In this document: positions 10,463-22,196 of the stretch, piece by piece
Layout: the number at the start of each line of letters is the position of its first letter
Position numbering within the stretch: position 1 is the first letter of the stretch
DNA from: an uncultured Planctomycetaceae bacterium
GTDB lineage: Bacteria; Planctomycetota; Planctomycetia; Planctomycetales; Planctomycetaceae
Assembly (NCBI GenBank): GCA_963815195.1
Contig: CAWFGE010000014.1
Span: 141,097-205,096, forward strand
Reading direction: 5' to 3'
DNA length: 64,000 bases
The notes under the pieces: generated by a model
Databases searched by the model: none
What the model saw: only the letters and a program-made list of their open reading frames with translations
Told to the model about the DNA's origin: nothing
Position numbers and translations under genes: made by a program

Positions 10463-11911
10463 ATGCGAAACCCCTTTGCCGTCGGTGCCTGTGTTTTTTT
10501 GCTGGCGGGTTTGCTTGGCGCGGAAATCTCCCCGGCACGGGGCGAAGACATCTCGCCGGACGAGGCGCGGTCGGCCCTGCATCGGGCGGTGCGGTTTTTC
10601 CGGCAGGATGTGGCGGCAGGCACCGGCGGCTATTTGTGGCGGTACAGCGCGGACCTCTCCAAGCGGGAAGGCGAAGGCGTCGCCAAGCCCACCACCGCCT
10701 GGCTCCAGCCGCCCGGCACGCCCAGCGTCGGCGAGGCGTATTTAGAAGCCTATTTGCTGACGGGAGACGAGGTGCTCCGCGAAGCGACTTTGGAAACCGC
10801 GATGGCCTTGGTCCGCGGGCAGTTGGTCTCCGGCGGTTGGGCGGACCGCATCGAGTTCGCGCCCGAAGACCGCGGCCGCTATGCCTACCGCATCGACAAA
10901 AACCGCGGCAAGTTCAACCGCACGACCTTCGACGACAACAAATCCCAATCCGCCCTGCGGTTTCTCATGCGGACCGATCAGGCTTTCAAATTCCAGAACG
11001 CCACGATTCACGAAGCCTGCCTGTATGCACTCGATTCGTTTATCAAAGCCCAATATCCCAACGGGGCGTGGCCGCAGCAGTATGACGAGTTTCCGAACCC
11101 GCAGGACTATCCCGCGCTGAAAGCCTCGTATCCCGAATCGTGGTCCAGAACCTATCCTGCCAAGACGTACCGCGGCTATTACACCCTCAACGACAATACG
11201 ATTTCCGATGTGATCGAGACCCTGCTCGAGGCGGCGGAGATTTATAAGCAGCCTCGCTACCGGGCGGCGGCGGTCCAGGGCGGGGAGTTCTTTCTGCTCG
11301 CGCAAATGCCCGACCCGCAGCCCGGCTGGGCGCAGCAATACACGAAAGAAATGCACCCCGCGTGGGCCCGGAAGTTCGAGCCGCCCGCGATCACCGGCAG
11401 CGAAAGCCAGGGCGTGATGCAAACGCTCCTGCTGCTCGCCCGCGAAACCGGCGAAGACAAATTCCTCGAATGCCTGCCCCGGGCTTTGGCGTACTACAAA
11501 AAGTCCGTCCTGCCCGGCGGACGGTTGGCGCGGTTTTACGAACTCAAAACCAACCGCCCGCTGTACTTCACGAAGAAGTACGAGCTGACTTACGAAGCCA
11601 ACGATCTGCCCACGCATTACGGCTTCATCGTGGGCAACAAGCTGGACCGCATCGAACAGGACTACGAGCGACTGAAGGGCAGCGATCCCTCGAAATGGCG
11701 AACCGACCGGAAAGACAAGCCGCCACGGATGACCGATTCCTTGAAGGCCCGCGCGAAGAAAACCGCGGCGCAACTGGACGAGCGCGGAGCCTGGCTGGAA
11801 GCGGGCGAACTGCGCTATCAGAACGCCGAGGATGTCAAGCAGATCATCAACCCCCGCACCTTCAGCCAGAACATCCTGATCCTTGCGGAGTTCCTCGCCG
11901 CCTCGCGCTAA
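10463..11911 (+). CDS. Pectate lyase-like protein (PL10/pectic acid lyase type)
   Basis: Signal peptide; 'TTFDDN', 'AQYPNGAWPQ', 'TLNDN', 'WAQQY..PAWARKFEPPA..ES', 'ARFYE'. Confidence 0.75.
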   Translation: MRNPFAVGACVFLLAGLLGAEISPARGEDISPDEARSALHRAVRFFRQDVAAGTGGYLWRYSADLSKREGEGVAKPTTAWLQPPGTPSVGEAYLEAYLLTGDEVLREATLETAMALVRGQLVSGGWADRIEFAPEDRGRYAYRIDKNRGKFNRTTFDDNKSQSALRFLMRTDQAFKFQNATIHEACLYALDSFIKAQYPNGAWPQQYDEFPNPQDYPALKASYPESWSRTYPAKTYRGYYTLNDNTISDVIETLLEAAEIYKQPRYRAAAVQGGEFFLLAQMPDPQPGWAQQYTKEMHPAWARKFEPPAITGSESQGVMQTLLLLARETGEDKFLECLPRALAYYKKSVLPGGRLARFYELKTNRPLYFTKKYELTYEANDLPTHYGFIVGNKLDRIEQDYERLKGSDPSKWRTDRKDKPPRMTDSLKARAKKTAAQLDERGAWLEAGELRYQNAEDVKQIINPRTFSQNILILAEFLAASR

Positions 11912-11964
11912 TGTGCACACCATGATGATGACAAGTAGACATTTGGGGAAGGAGAGATCGCGCG

Positions 11965-14900
11965 ATGAGCAGCGTTCGGTTGTTGTGGGAAAGCTTGTTC
12001 TATTATTGGCGGACGAATCTTGCGGTCTTGTTGGGCGTAATCGCGGGGACGGCGGTCATCGGCGGGGCGTTGATCGTCGGCGATTCCGTGCGGGGCAGCC
12101 TGGAAACCATGAGCCGCGAACGCCTGGGCGAAATCGATTACGCCCTCAGCAGCCACCGCTTCGTGCGGGAGAGCCTCGCCAACGATTTGGCGGCTCATAT
12201 CAAGCAGTCCGATGGAACGCCGGGAACATCGGGATCGAAAATCTCGATGGCCCCGGCCCTCGTGATGGTCGGAGCGGTCGAGCGGAAGTTGAAAAAAAAC
12301 GACAAGCAATCCAAAGGCCAGGCCCAATACGCCCGCGCGGGGCAGGTGAATGTTTACGGCTTGAATCAACGCCTTTGGGATCTGACCAACCACGATAGGG
12401 TCCCCCGGCCGGCGGGGAACGAGGTCATCCTCAGCGGACGGCTGGCGGAGCAATTGGGGCAGACCGAAGCGGGCGTCACCAGGCCGGTGGAAGTGGGCGA
12501 CGAGGTCACGCTGTGGATCGAACTCCCCGCGAGCATTCCCCGCGACACGCTGCTCGGCGACCGCGAGCAGCAAACGTCCGTCCGCATCCCGCTGGAAGTC
12601 TCCAAGATCCTCCCCGACCGTTCCGGCGTGGGGCGGTTGGAACTCAATCCCAGCCAACAGTTGCCCCTCAATGCGTTTCTCGATTTGGAAACGCTCCAGA
12701 AGGCTCTGGATCTCAATGCCCGGCGGGTCCGCGATCCCGACCATGGACGGTTTGTCGAAAAGCCCGCGCGGGTGAATGCAATTTTCGTGGGAACGCACAC
12801 GCCTTCCGTGGCCGAGGAGCAATCGGCCATCGACGTCGCGGAGACCTTAAACAAGCGGCTCGATGAATCCCTGGATCTCGACGATCTCAGCTTGCGAATC
12901 GTTTCGTATCCGAGCGAGGGATATTTCTCGCTGGAAAGCCAGCAGCAGATTCTGGCCGACCCCTTCGCCGAGGCTGCGCGGAAAGCGGCAAAGGATCTCA
13001 AGCTGCCCATCTCGCCCGCGCTGGTTTACATCGCCAACGAAATCGACAACGCCGATGCCTCCCAAGTGCAACATAAGACCGCGGAGCAACCGGGGCGGGG
13101 GTATTCGATGTATTCGATCGTCGCCGGGATCGATTTGAACCAGGCCGGTCCGTTTCCCAAGTTTGAGTTCGCCGGCGCGCGGCCGAAATCATTGGGCGAT
13201 GACGGCATCCTTCTGAACGATTGGCTGGCAAAAGACCTCAACGTCCAAACGGGCGACAACGTGCAAATGAAGTATTACCAGGTCGGCGGGCATATCTTGG
13301 GAGCGAAAGGCGAAATCCCGCAGGAGTCGCGGACCTTCACGGTGAAGGGGATCGTGAAACTCGAAGCCGCGGCGGTGGATAAAGGCTGGGTCCCCGAAGT
13401 GCCCGGCATCACCGATGCCCACACCTTCGATGACATCAAAGAGCCGTTCCCCATGAAACGGAACCTCATCACGAAGCGCGACGATACGTTCTGGGAACAA
13501 TATCAAGCCAGTCCCAAAGCCTTTGTCTCCTTGGACACCGCCCAGAAACTCTGGCACAGCCGATATGGAAATCTGACCTCGGTCCGAGTCGGAATTCCGA
13601 ACGGAGCCGACGCCGAGAAGATCCAACAGCAATTCACCAAGGCGTTTCTCAAGAACGTCGACATCCAGCAAGCGGGCTTGGCGTTTCGGCCGGTGAAATA
13701 TCAGGGCCTGAATGCAGCCCGCGGGACGACCGACTTCAGCGGCCTATTCATCGGGTTCAGCTTCTTCTTAATTCTCTCCGCGACGATTCTGATCGGGCTG
13801 TTGTTTCGCTTGGGGATCGAACGCCGGAGCGCGCAGGTCGGCTTGCTCGCAGCGGTCGGTTACACGCCGGGCCAGGTCCGCAGCATGTTTTTGAAGGAAG
13901 GCTCGCTCGTCGTGGTCTTGGGCGGAATCCTCGGCGTCGCGGCCGCGATCGGTTATGCCCAGTTGATGATCTACGGCCTCAAGACCTGGTGGATCGGAGC
14001 CATCGGCACGCGGTTTTTGGATGTTTATCTCACCCCGATGAGCCTGGCGTCCGGGTTTCTCATCTCCGTGGTGATTACGCTGATCACCATCTGGTGGGCG
14101 CTAAGGCAACTGAAAAAACTCTCCACCCGCGACCTGCTTTCCGGTGAAGTCGAGGTCCAGGTCCCGATCGAAAAACAGCACCGCCGCGGACAGCTCGCTT
14201 GGAAGGTCAGCCTGGTTTGCGGCGTGCTTTCGCTGATTATTTTGATCGCGGCGCTCGCGGGTTTGATTCCGTCGAGCGAAGCCTTTATGGGATTGTCCTG
14301 GGCGGTGGTGGCGTTTTTTGTCGTGGGGATGGCGATGCTGACGGCGAGTTTGACGCTGCTCGCGTGGCTGTTGGAAACGGGCCGGGGTTTCGAGGTGCGG
14401 GGTTCGGGACTCTCGGGCACGACGCGGCTGGGCATGCGAAACGCCGCCCGCAGCCGGATGCGGAGCGTGCTCACGGTGGGATTGATCGCCTCGGCGACGT
14501 TTGTGATCGTCGCGGTCGCCGCGGGTCATCGAAACCCGGCGGTGGAATCGCCCGACATCAACTCAGGCAACGGCGGTTTCACGCTGGTCGCCGAGAGCAG
14601 CACGCCGATCAATTACGATTTGAACACAGCCGCCGGCCGCGAAAAAGTCGGCCTCACGGTGACCGGCGATTCCACCGAGGCCCAGCGCAAACGCGAGCTT
14701 TTGGACAAGATGAAAGTCATGCCTTTCCGCGTCAAGCCGGGCGAGAACGCGAGCTGTTTGAACCTTTATCAAACCCAACTGCCGACGGTGCTGGGGGCGA
14801 CCCCGGCGATGATCGAGCGGGGCGGATTCAAGTTTATCGGGGCCAACCGCGAGAATCCCTGGACGCGGCTCGAGGAATCTCTCGATCCCGTGACGATCAC

Positions 14901-15646
14901 CACCGCCCAAGGCAATGAGGTCGAGGTGCCGGCGGTCCCGGCGTTCGGCGACATGAACACGCTGCAATACAGCCTGCACAAAGCCGTGGGCGATGTGGTC
15001 CCCGTGCCCAATTCCACTGCGCCGGAATATGCGCTCAAGATTGCGGGCATGTGGGACGGCAGCGTGTTTCAGGGCGTGCTGGTCGTTTCGGAAGCGAACT
15101 TCAACCGCCTGTTTCCCGAGCAGGCGGGCTACCGTTATTTCCTGGTCGAGACGCCGCCGAAAGAGAAGGGCGAAGTCTCGAACATTTTGGAATCGGACCT
15201 GCACGACTACGGCTTCGATGCCGAGCCCGTGGGCCGGCGGCTGGAAAGTTTTCTGGAAGTGCAGAACACGTATCTTTCCACGTTCCAGGCCTTGGGGGGA
15301 TTGGGCCTCTTGTTGGGGACGCTCGGATTGGCGACGGTGATGCTGCGGAATGTCCTCGAACGCCGCAGCGAACTTGCCCTGTTGCGGTCGGTAGGATTTC
15401 TCAAATCCCGGCTGGTGTGGCTGGTGCTTTGCGAGAATGCGTTTCTTTTGGTGTGGGGCCTCGCCGCGGGGACGGCGTCGGCTTTGATTGCGATGGCTCC
15501 GCATCTGGTGACCATCGGGGCGGACGTGCCTTGGTCCACGGTGGGGGTGATTTTGGGAGCGGTCGCCGTCGTGGGCATGCTCGCCGCCCTGTTTGCCGTC
15601 TATGCAGCGGTCCGCACGCCGGTGCTGGCGACGTTGCGCGGAATAA
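11965..15646 (+). CDS. FtsX/MacB-like ABC transporter permease; true stop probably TAA 15644-15646 masked by an indel
   Basis: Two FtsX-type TM blocks ('ERRSAQVGLLAAVGY', 'ERRSELALLRSVGF'); typical '..LATLRxE*' end at ttgcgcg-gaataa; read-through would run antisense over the HDOD gene. Confidence 0.8.
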
Positions 15647-15708
15647 CCCCGAGCCGTGGATCGAACTCGGCGGTTGGAAGCCTTCCCCCTACGGAAGACG
15701 CGCTCCGC

Positions 15709-16674
15709 TCATGCGGTGACGGTGGCATTGAGCGTGCCGTCGTCGTAGCTTTCAGGCGAATCCTTCGCGGCGCAGCAGCGGCGGCTGAGCGGAAAATCGT
15801 TTTGCACGCCGAGGTCCATCTCCGCGTGTTGCTCATCGACGCGCTCGGCGAGTTCCGCAAGGTCGAAGGCTTTCCATTTCTCGCCGAGCTTGAGCAGCAA
15901 ATCGAGCCCGGCCTTTTCCTGCCGAAGTTGGTCCGGGAGCATCGCCGAGAGAGCGACCGCGGCGGCGGGCGTGCGGCCCAACTGCGGATGAGCCAGAATC
16001 CGCAATCCGAAATGATGGAACAAGATGCAGCCGACCAGTTCGTCCGGCAGGCTCCATTTCTGGGCGAGCGAGGCCCCGGCGAGGGCGTGGTTCCATCCAA
16101 AGGTCTGGTCCTCGAATTCCGTGATGCAATCGGGAAACGCCTCGCGCTGATGAATGAAGGGCAGATACTTTTCGTCCATTTCATTCGTCAAAATCGGCAA
16201 GAGATAATCCTGCAAAAGCGCGCCCGCGAACGCGACGTCGGTGTCGGCTTTGAGCATCTTCGCCACCTCGCGGGCGAACAGGGCTTTTTGGAGGCAGGCG
16301 TTCCAGAACCCGGCCTGATGGATCAAGCGGGACTTTCGCGCCTTCACCGCGGACTGCATGCCGTTAGAGACGATGAACATCTTCACCTGGCGGACGCCTA
16401 ACAGCGTGATGGCTTGCTGCACGCTGCTGGCCTTGTGCCGGAGCCCGACATAAGCCGAGTTCACGTGCCTGAGCAACTCCAGCGTGAGCCCGGCATCCGT
16501 TTCCAGGATTTGCGAAAGCGTTTTCACGGGCGCATCGGGGTCTTTGGAAGCCTCCAAAAACCGCGTGACCGCCAAGGGCAGCGCAGGGAGCTTCAGCATC
16601 GACGGCAGGCTGGTGAGGCGAAAATCTCCAATGACTTCCGCGCACAACCCGCTCCAATCAATCGGCTCTGTCAT
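15709..16674 (-). CDS. HDOD-domain signal transduction protein
   Basis: '[27 protein letters not shown]', 'AFAGALLQD', '[15 protein letters not shown]'. Confidence 0.85.
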   Translation of the reverse strand: MTEPIDWSGLCAEVIGDFRLTSLPSMLKLPALPLAVTRFLEASKDPDAPVKTLSQILETDAGLTLELLRHVNSAYVGLRHKASSVQQAITLLGVRQVKMFIVSNGMQSAVKARKSRLIHQAGFWNACLQKALFAREVAKMLKADTDVAFAGALLQDYLLPILTNEMDEKYLPFIHQREAFPDCITEFEDQTFGWNHALAGASLAQKWSLPDELVGCILFHHFGLRILAHPQLGRTPAAAVALSAMLPDQLRQEKAGLDLLLKLGEKWKAFDLAELAERVDEQHAEMDLGVQNDFPLSRRCCAAKDSPESYDDGTLNATVTA

Positions 16675-17119
16675 ATTCGCACCTGGATTGTTTGTGAGCC
16701 GCGGCTTCCTTCAAGCGGAGTCTCAAAAGCAAATCGCAAAGAACCGGAAACATCGGCTCTCGCGGTTGGGATTTCACGCTGCAAAATCGAAAGAATCCCC
16801 CGAACCGTCGACGGCCAAGGCGCACATTTCTCGGGTCTTGTCACGAGTTACCGAAATATAGAACAAGTTTCTTCCGCATGCGGCGTCCGAAATCGGTTTG
16901 ACTCAAACTTTCGGCCTTCGGCGGCCCCCTTCCGAAACAGGCATGGATTGTCAACAAAAAACTCCCGCTCGTTTTCCAAATCGCAAATAGATATACTCAT
17001 GGTGGGAACCGTTGAGCAGGAAAGCTTCGCTTCGCCGGGGTCGGCGGAGTTTGGAGGACAACGGATGCATGCCACATCGGAGAGCCGCCGAGCACCACGG
17101 CTGGGAACGAGGAAACCAA

Positions 17120-18579
17120 ATGCAGACGGTTTTGGTGGTGGATGATGATCGTTCGATCCGTCATCAACTGCAGGCAGCCCTCAGCCAGCTCGATCTCGTG
17201 GCTGTCGGGGATGCCCAGGATGGTTTGAGATGGCTCAAGGAGAACAGCGCCGATTGCGTGCTCTTGGACATCGTGCTGCCGGGGACATCGGGCCTGGAGG
17301 TGTTCCAACAGATCAAAACGCTGGACAACAAGCTGCCGGTGATATTCATCACGGCGGGGGGCAGCAGCGAGACCGCGATTCGAGCGATGCAATTGGGGGC
17401 TTATGATTTTCTGGTCAAGCCGCTGAAATTGCCGGTCGTCAAGGATCTGGTGGCCAAGGCCCTTGAAACGCGGCGGCTGATGAACGTGCCGGTGGCCATT
17501 CCCAAAGATGAAGCCCTGCCCGCCACGGGAGATTTCCTGGTGGGCAAAAGCGAGCCGATGCTCAAAGTTTATGCGCAGGTCGGCCGCGTGGCGGCTCAGG
17601 ATGTGATCGTGTTGATCCGCGGCGAGAGCGGGACCGGCAAAGAACTGATCGCCCGCGCCATCTATCAGCACAGTCCCCGCGCCAGCGAATGCTTCATGGC
17701 CGTGAACTGCGCTGCACTTCCGGACAGTCTGCTGGAGAGCGAACTCTTCGGGCACGAAAAAGGCGCTTCACGGGCGCTCATTCCCGGAGGATCGGCAAAT
17801 TCGAGCAGTGCAACGGCGGCACGCTGTTCCTCGATGAAGTCGGCGACATGGCGCTCACCGTGCAAAGCAAAGTGCTCCGACTGCTCCAAGAGCAAAGGTT
17901 CGAGCGGGTGGGCGGGAACGAAACGATTCAAACCGACGTGCGAATCATCGCCGCCACCAACCGCAACCTCGAAGACATGGTCGAAGAAGGCGAGTTCCGC
18001 GAGGATCTGTTTTATCGGCTGAACGGCTATACGATCTTTCTGCCGCCCTTGCGGGAGCGGCCCGGCGATCTCCCGCCTTTGATTCAGCATTTTCTCAACC
18101 GGCTCAGCCCGCAATTGGGAAAAGACAACGTGGAGGGCATTTCCCCGGAAGCCACCCGCTTGTTGATCCGTTACGACTGGCCGGGGAACGTGCGGGAAAT
18201 GCAAAGCGTGATCCGCCAGAGTTTGCTGAACGCGACCGGCCCGGTCATTGTGCCCGATTTTCTGCCGCCGGAAGTCCGCGCGGCCGAAGGACCTTCCGAT
18301 CAGACGGCCGAACAGGTTTCCACCGAATCCAACGGCGAAGTCTGCAACCTCAAGCAGTTCTTGGACGAGCATCTGGCGGACGGGAAGGATTCCGAAAACC
18401 TGCACGCCGAGACGATCGAGTTCGTCGAACGCTACCTGTTGACCCGGGTGCTCGAGCGCACCAACGGAAATCAATCGCAGGCGGCACGGATTCTCGGAAT
18501 CACGCGGGGCAGTTTACGCAACAAAATCCGCACGCTGGGCATCGTTATCGAGCAAATCGTCCACGTCGATGAAGCGTAA
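17120..18579 (+). CDS. Sigma-54-dependent response regulator (NtrC family: REC-AAA-Fis HTH), frameshift near 17766
   Basis: REC 'VLVVDDD', Walker A 'GESGTGKE', 'GHEKG(A)FTGA' split by the indel, 'LFLDEVG', 'WPGNVRE', C-terminal '[12 protein letters not shown]'. Confidence 0.9.
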
Positions 18580-18672
18580 GACTGCTGGTCGTTTCGCCTC
18601 CAGGTTGGACAGACCGCGTCCAGTTCGGAGGAATCCCCCTCCGTCCGCCAGGCAATTGGAAGCCGAACTCTT

Positions 18673-18688
18673 TGGCATCCGCTTTGCT
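18673..18688 (+). promoter_or_regulatory. Sigma-54 (-24/-12) promoter
   Basis: TGGCATCCGCTTTGCT: GG-N10-GC, about 65 nt before ATG 18755. Confidence 0.7.
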
Positions 18689-18754
18689 TTGCAGTTCCGT
18701 CTGTTGTGATGACAAGTGCCATCACTCCAATCCATCCCCTTCCGGGAGGTATCC

Positions 18755-19213
18755 ATGCGCATGGAAACCCAATTTCCTTTTCATAAAGAGTTGTCAGAAA
18801 AGCTGCACGCGTTGATTCGTTTTAACAGGGATGCTCACGCGGGGTTTCTCCAAGCGGCCGAGGAAATCCAGAACCCGCACCTTTCGAGATTGTTCCGCGA
18901 TTTGGCCCAGGAGCGGGCGGCGATGTCCACGGAGTTAAAAGAGTACGTGGGCTCCCACGCCGAACACGAGGCCTCGCCGCCCACGGCGGTACGGCGGTAT
19001 TGGATCGGAATTCACCACCGCATCGCCGACGGAGAGGCCCACGCGATTCTCGCGGACGTCGAGCGTCCGGAGGATTTCATCGAGTCGGCTTATGAGGAAG
19101 TCCTACAGGACTTGCCCGAGAGCGATTTCAAAGAAATCCTCCGGCATCAGCATGCCCGGGTGAAGTCGGTCCACAACCGCATCCGCGACCTGCGGGACAG
19201 CTATCAAACGTGA
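18755..19213 (+). CDS. PA2169/DUF2383-family four-helix-bundle (ferritin-like) protein
   Basis: 'LHALIRFNRDAHAGFLQAAE..ERPED..AYEEVL'; GGAGG RBS. Confidence 0.75.
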   Translation: MRMETQFPFHKELSEKLHALIRFNRDAHAGFLQAAEEIQNPHLSRLFRDLAQERAAMSTELKEYVGSHAEHEASPPTAVRRYWIGIHHRIADGEAHAILADVERPEDFIESAYEEVLQDLPESDFKEILRHQHARVKSVHNRIRDLRDSYQT

Positions 19214-19434
19214 ACGTGCCTGATAATGTGAACCGTTGGCGCTCGCCTCGGGTTTCGCGGGGGATATTCCCGAACTCAGGACCGGCGGCGAACTGCTTGC
19301 CGCTCTTGTTTTGCAAGAATCTCTCGATGACCGCCGCACCGCGGCGACTCTCCGGGTCGCGGCGGTGTTGGCTTATAATGGCCGGGACGACGTCGCGGTT
19401 GCTTTCGTCCTTCCGATGAGGTGGCGGATCCCTG

Positions 19435-20793
19435 ATGAGTGTTTGGTTGATTCAGATCTGGGACCGGATTCGCGCGGGCTTTTGGTTCGTGCCTTTGGGC
19501 ATGATAACGTTCGCCGCGTTTTTCGCATTGTTCATGGCCTGGGTGGACGAGCACACAACGCTTGAACAGCACGGACCGCTGGGTTGGCTGGTGGTGAATG
19601 CCGCGACAGCGCGGTCCACGCTGTCGCTGTTGTCCGGAGGGATGCTCACCTTGTCGGGCGTCGTGTTCTCGATGACGATGGTGACCTTGTCGCTGACATC
19701 CAGCCAGTTCGGCTCGCGGTTGTTGCGAACCGCCTTGACCGACCTGACCATGCAGGTTTCGTTGGGGATGTTCCTGGCGACGACCATGTACTGCCTGACG
19801 GTGCTCAGGTTTATTCCCAGCAATGCCGATTCGCCCTTCGTGCCTCATCTTGCGGTGTTTTTGGGAAGCCTGTTGAGCTTCGTGAGCCTGGTGGTGATGA
19901 TCGTGTTCGTGCATCACATCAGCGTTTCGATCCAAGCGCAAAACGTGGTCGCGGAAGTCGCTCACGACCTGGACGCCGCCATTCAACGCCTGTTTCCCGA
20001 ACGTCTAGGCCACACCCTCGACGACGAGGTGTCGAACGACGATGCCGATCAACCGGAACTCGGCAGCCGAGGTGACAAAAACCGGCAGACGCTGCCCGCG
20101 ACGTCCGAAGGTTATCTTCAGACGGTGGACGTCGAGACATTGCTGGATTTTGCCTGCAAAAACGATCTGGTCATCGAGTTGTTGTATCGGCCGGGGGATT
20201 TTGTGATTCGGGAATCTCCCCTGGTGCATTTGCTGAGCCAGAAACCCGGCGAGTACGGAAAGGACGAGCGGAAGAAAATGACGGAGTCCCTCAACGCGGC
20301 GATCATCACGGGCCACAGCCGCACGCCCCGCCAGGATGTGTGCTGCGCCGTCAACGAACTGGTGGAAGTCGCGGTGCGGGCCTTGTCGCCGGGCATCAAC
20401 GATCCGTTTACCGCCGTCGCCTGCATCGACCGCATGACCGCCGCCCTTTCGCGTTTGCTCGAGCGGTCTCTGCCGTCGCGTTGCCGCTACGACAAACACG
20501 ATCATTTGCGGGTGATCGCCCAGCCGCCTTCCATCCCGCATGTGATCGAGTCGGCCTTCCAGCAGGTCATCCATTATGGCGCCGACAATCTGATGGTCGC
20601 GGTCCGCGTGATGGAAGGACTCGAGCAGTTGATCGGCGTGGCCCGGCGGAAGGCGGATCGAAACGCCATTCAACAACAGGCCGATAGCTTGTATCGTCTC
20701 GCCGGCCATCCCAAAACAGAACCGCAGGACAGATCGCGTCTTAAAACCCTGCGGGATCGCATTTGCGACGAACCGGCCCGAGAGGTTCCCTGA
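19435..20793 (+). CDS. DUF2254-family membrane protein
   Basis: 'FWFVP', 'LTSSQFGSRLL', 'RALSPGINDPFTA..CID'. Confidence 0.85.
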   Translation: MSVWLIQIWDRIRAGFWFVPLGMITFAAFFALFMAWVDEHTTLEQHGPLGWLVVNAATARSTLSLLSGGMLTLSGVVFSMTMVTLSLTSSQFGSRLLRTALTDLTMQVSLGMFLATTMYCLTVLRFIPSNADSPFVPHLAVFLGSLLSFVSLVVMIVFVHHISVSIQAQNVVAEVAHDLDAAIQRLFPERLGHTLDDEVSNDDADQPELGSRGDKNRQTLPATSEGYLQTVDVETLLDFACKNDLVIELLYRPGDFVIRESPLVHLLSQKPGEYGKDERKKMTESLNAAIITGHSRTPRQDVCCAVNELVEVAVRALSPGINDPFTAVACIDRMTAALSRLLERSLPSRCRYDKHDHLRVIAQPPSIPHVIESAFQQVIHYGADNLMVAVRVMEGLEQLIGVARRKADRNAIQQQADSLYRLAGHPKTEPQDRSRLKTLRDRICDEPAREVP

Positions 20794-20920
20794 AAGCCGG
20801 CCTGTTCGCGTATTCGCGGAAAAAGAAGGGCCTCCACCTCTCCTGCGAGAAAGCGGAGACCTTTCGAAGGGAAAGGCATAAAACCTTCACAATTCCCAGG
20901 CTGGGCCAATCGAGGCCCGA

Positions 20921-21259
20921 TCAGTTGATGTTTTTGTCTTTGTCCTTCAAATCTTCATGGACATCCTCGGCTCCGCGTTCCACATCCTCCGCTCCTTCCT
21001 TCACCGAATCTTTGAACTTGTGTGCCGCGTCGTGACTGTCTTCTTGCAGGTCATCCACGGTTTCCCGGGCGCCCTCGGCGAACTTGTCCGCGGCTTTCGC
21101 CGTGGCCGTCTTGGCGTTTTCCGTGTCCTCTTCGACCTTCTCTTTGTTGATCTCGATGGTGGAACTCGAATCGGTATTGTCGATCGTCAACCATCCAATC
21201 GCCCAACCGCCGAGCACAACGCACGCGATCAAGAGAAGTGTAATGACAAACCCTTTCAT
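20921..21259 (-). CDS. Small membrane-anchored hydrophilic protein (LEA/YtxH-like stress protein)
   Basis: AGGAG RBS, 'MKGFVITLLLIACVVLGGWAIGW' TM followed by acidic/Lys-rich helical repeats. Confidence 0.65.
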   Translation of the reverse strand: MKGFVITLLLIACVVLGGWAIGWLTIDNTDSSSTIEINKEKVEEDTENAKTATAKAADKFAEGARETVDDLQEDSHDAAHKFKDSVKEGAEDVERGAEDVHEDLKDKDKNIN

Positions 21260-21363
21260 TGGTTTCTCCTTTGTGTTGCGGATTTGACTGATGACCTTGT
21301 CAGGGATTTGCTGTTTGGTGGTCATCGAGATTTCAAAAACCTTTGATTTCGCCCGATGGTCAT

Positions 21364-21379
21364 CGCAAGATCGATGCCA
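21364..21379 (-). promoter_or_regulatory. Sigma-54 (-24/-12) promoter for the 21259 gene
   Basis: Minus strand TGGCATCGATCTTGCG: GG-N10-GC. Confidence 0.7.
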
Positions 21380-21579
21380 AATCCCGGGCCAAGGCTCGGC
21401 TCGGACGATAAATGTCTTTTTCCCTGCAATTGATTGGAGCAGCGATCGGATTCTGGTCGCAGCCGGTTCAGCGTGATTGCAAAGCCACCACCCTCCGATT
21501 TCGTGTCGATGCTCTTTCAGGCTGCCGATCCGCCCTTCTGAGGACGTTTCGCTCAAGAAACGCCGGCGGTTCGGCGAGT

Positions 21580-21595
21580 TGGCACGGGACGTGCA
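21580..21595 (+). promoter_or_regulatory. Sigma-54 (-24/-12) promoter, divergent from the previous one
   Basis: TGGCACGGGACGTGCA: GG-N10-GC. Confidence 0.65.
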
Positions 21596-21895
21596 ATGCA
21601 GGATTGCCGTCGGAAACAAAAAACAACCCGCCGGGAGTTGCACTCCGAATCTCCATCAGGAGTTGAAGACACCAAAGTGCTTGAGATTCCCGTTTCCGCC
21701 GATCCGGCTCGACGACTTCAGAGCCAGCTCCCCCTGGGAGGATCGACGGCGTGCCTCTCCCGGCGGCTCACGATATTTTCCGCAGTGGTCGCGAGTGGAT
21801 TTTTACTTCGCTATCGCCGCGTGACGATCACAAACCCGAGCTGTCGGGCCGGTTGACAAACTCCTTCACACATTCCTATTGAAAGGAACTCTACG

Positions 21896-22060
21896 ATGTT
21901 AGGATGGGCAATTACCTTTTTTATTATCGCACTGATCGCAGGACTTTTGGGATTCGGACTCGTGGGCGGAATGGCCTACGGAGCGGCGAAGATTTGTTTC
22001 TTCGTGTTTCTCGTGCTGTTCATCGTTTCCCTGATTGCCGGCCGCCGCGCTCCCGTGTAG
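21896..22060 (+). CDS. DUF1328/UPF0391 (YtjA-like) small membrane protein, 54 aa; absent from ORF track
   Basis: Manual translation [62 protein letters not shown]. Confidence 0.9.
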   Translation: MLGWAITFFIIALIAGLLGFGLVGGMAYGAAKICFFVFLVLFIVSLIAGRRAPV

Positions 22061-22196
22061 GATTCCTAAACGGGTTGAATTCGAATTACGATGTCCAAGG
22101 CTCGGTGACAGGTTTCGTCATCGAGTCTTGCGTCGCATTCGAGGGACCGGTGGTCCCGGGCGACTGGATTGGAGAAGCAACAGGGTAACAGGCTCC

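Noticed and set aside
11965..16401. 1478-aa ABC permease with a long C-terminal extension
   Set aside because: The extension is antisense read-through over the HDOD gene, caused by an indel just before the natural stop near 15644.
17760..17775. Programmed frameshift in the GAFTGA loop of the sigma-54 activator
   Set aside because: Matches the window-wide indel pattern; no independent evidence of recoding.
21904..22188. 94-aa ORF
   Set aside because: Overlaps the DUF1328 gene in another frame.
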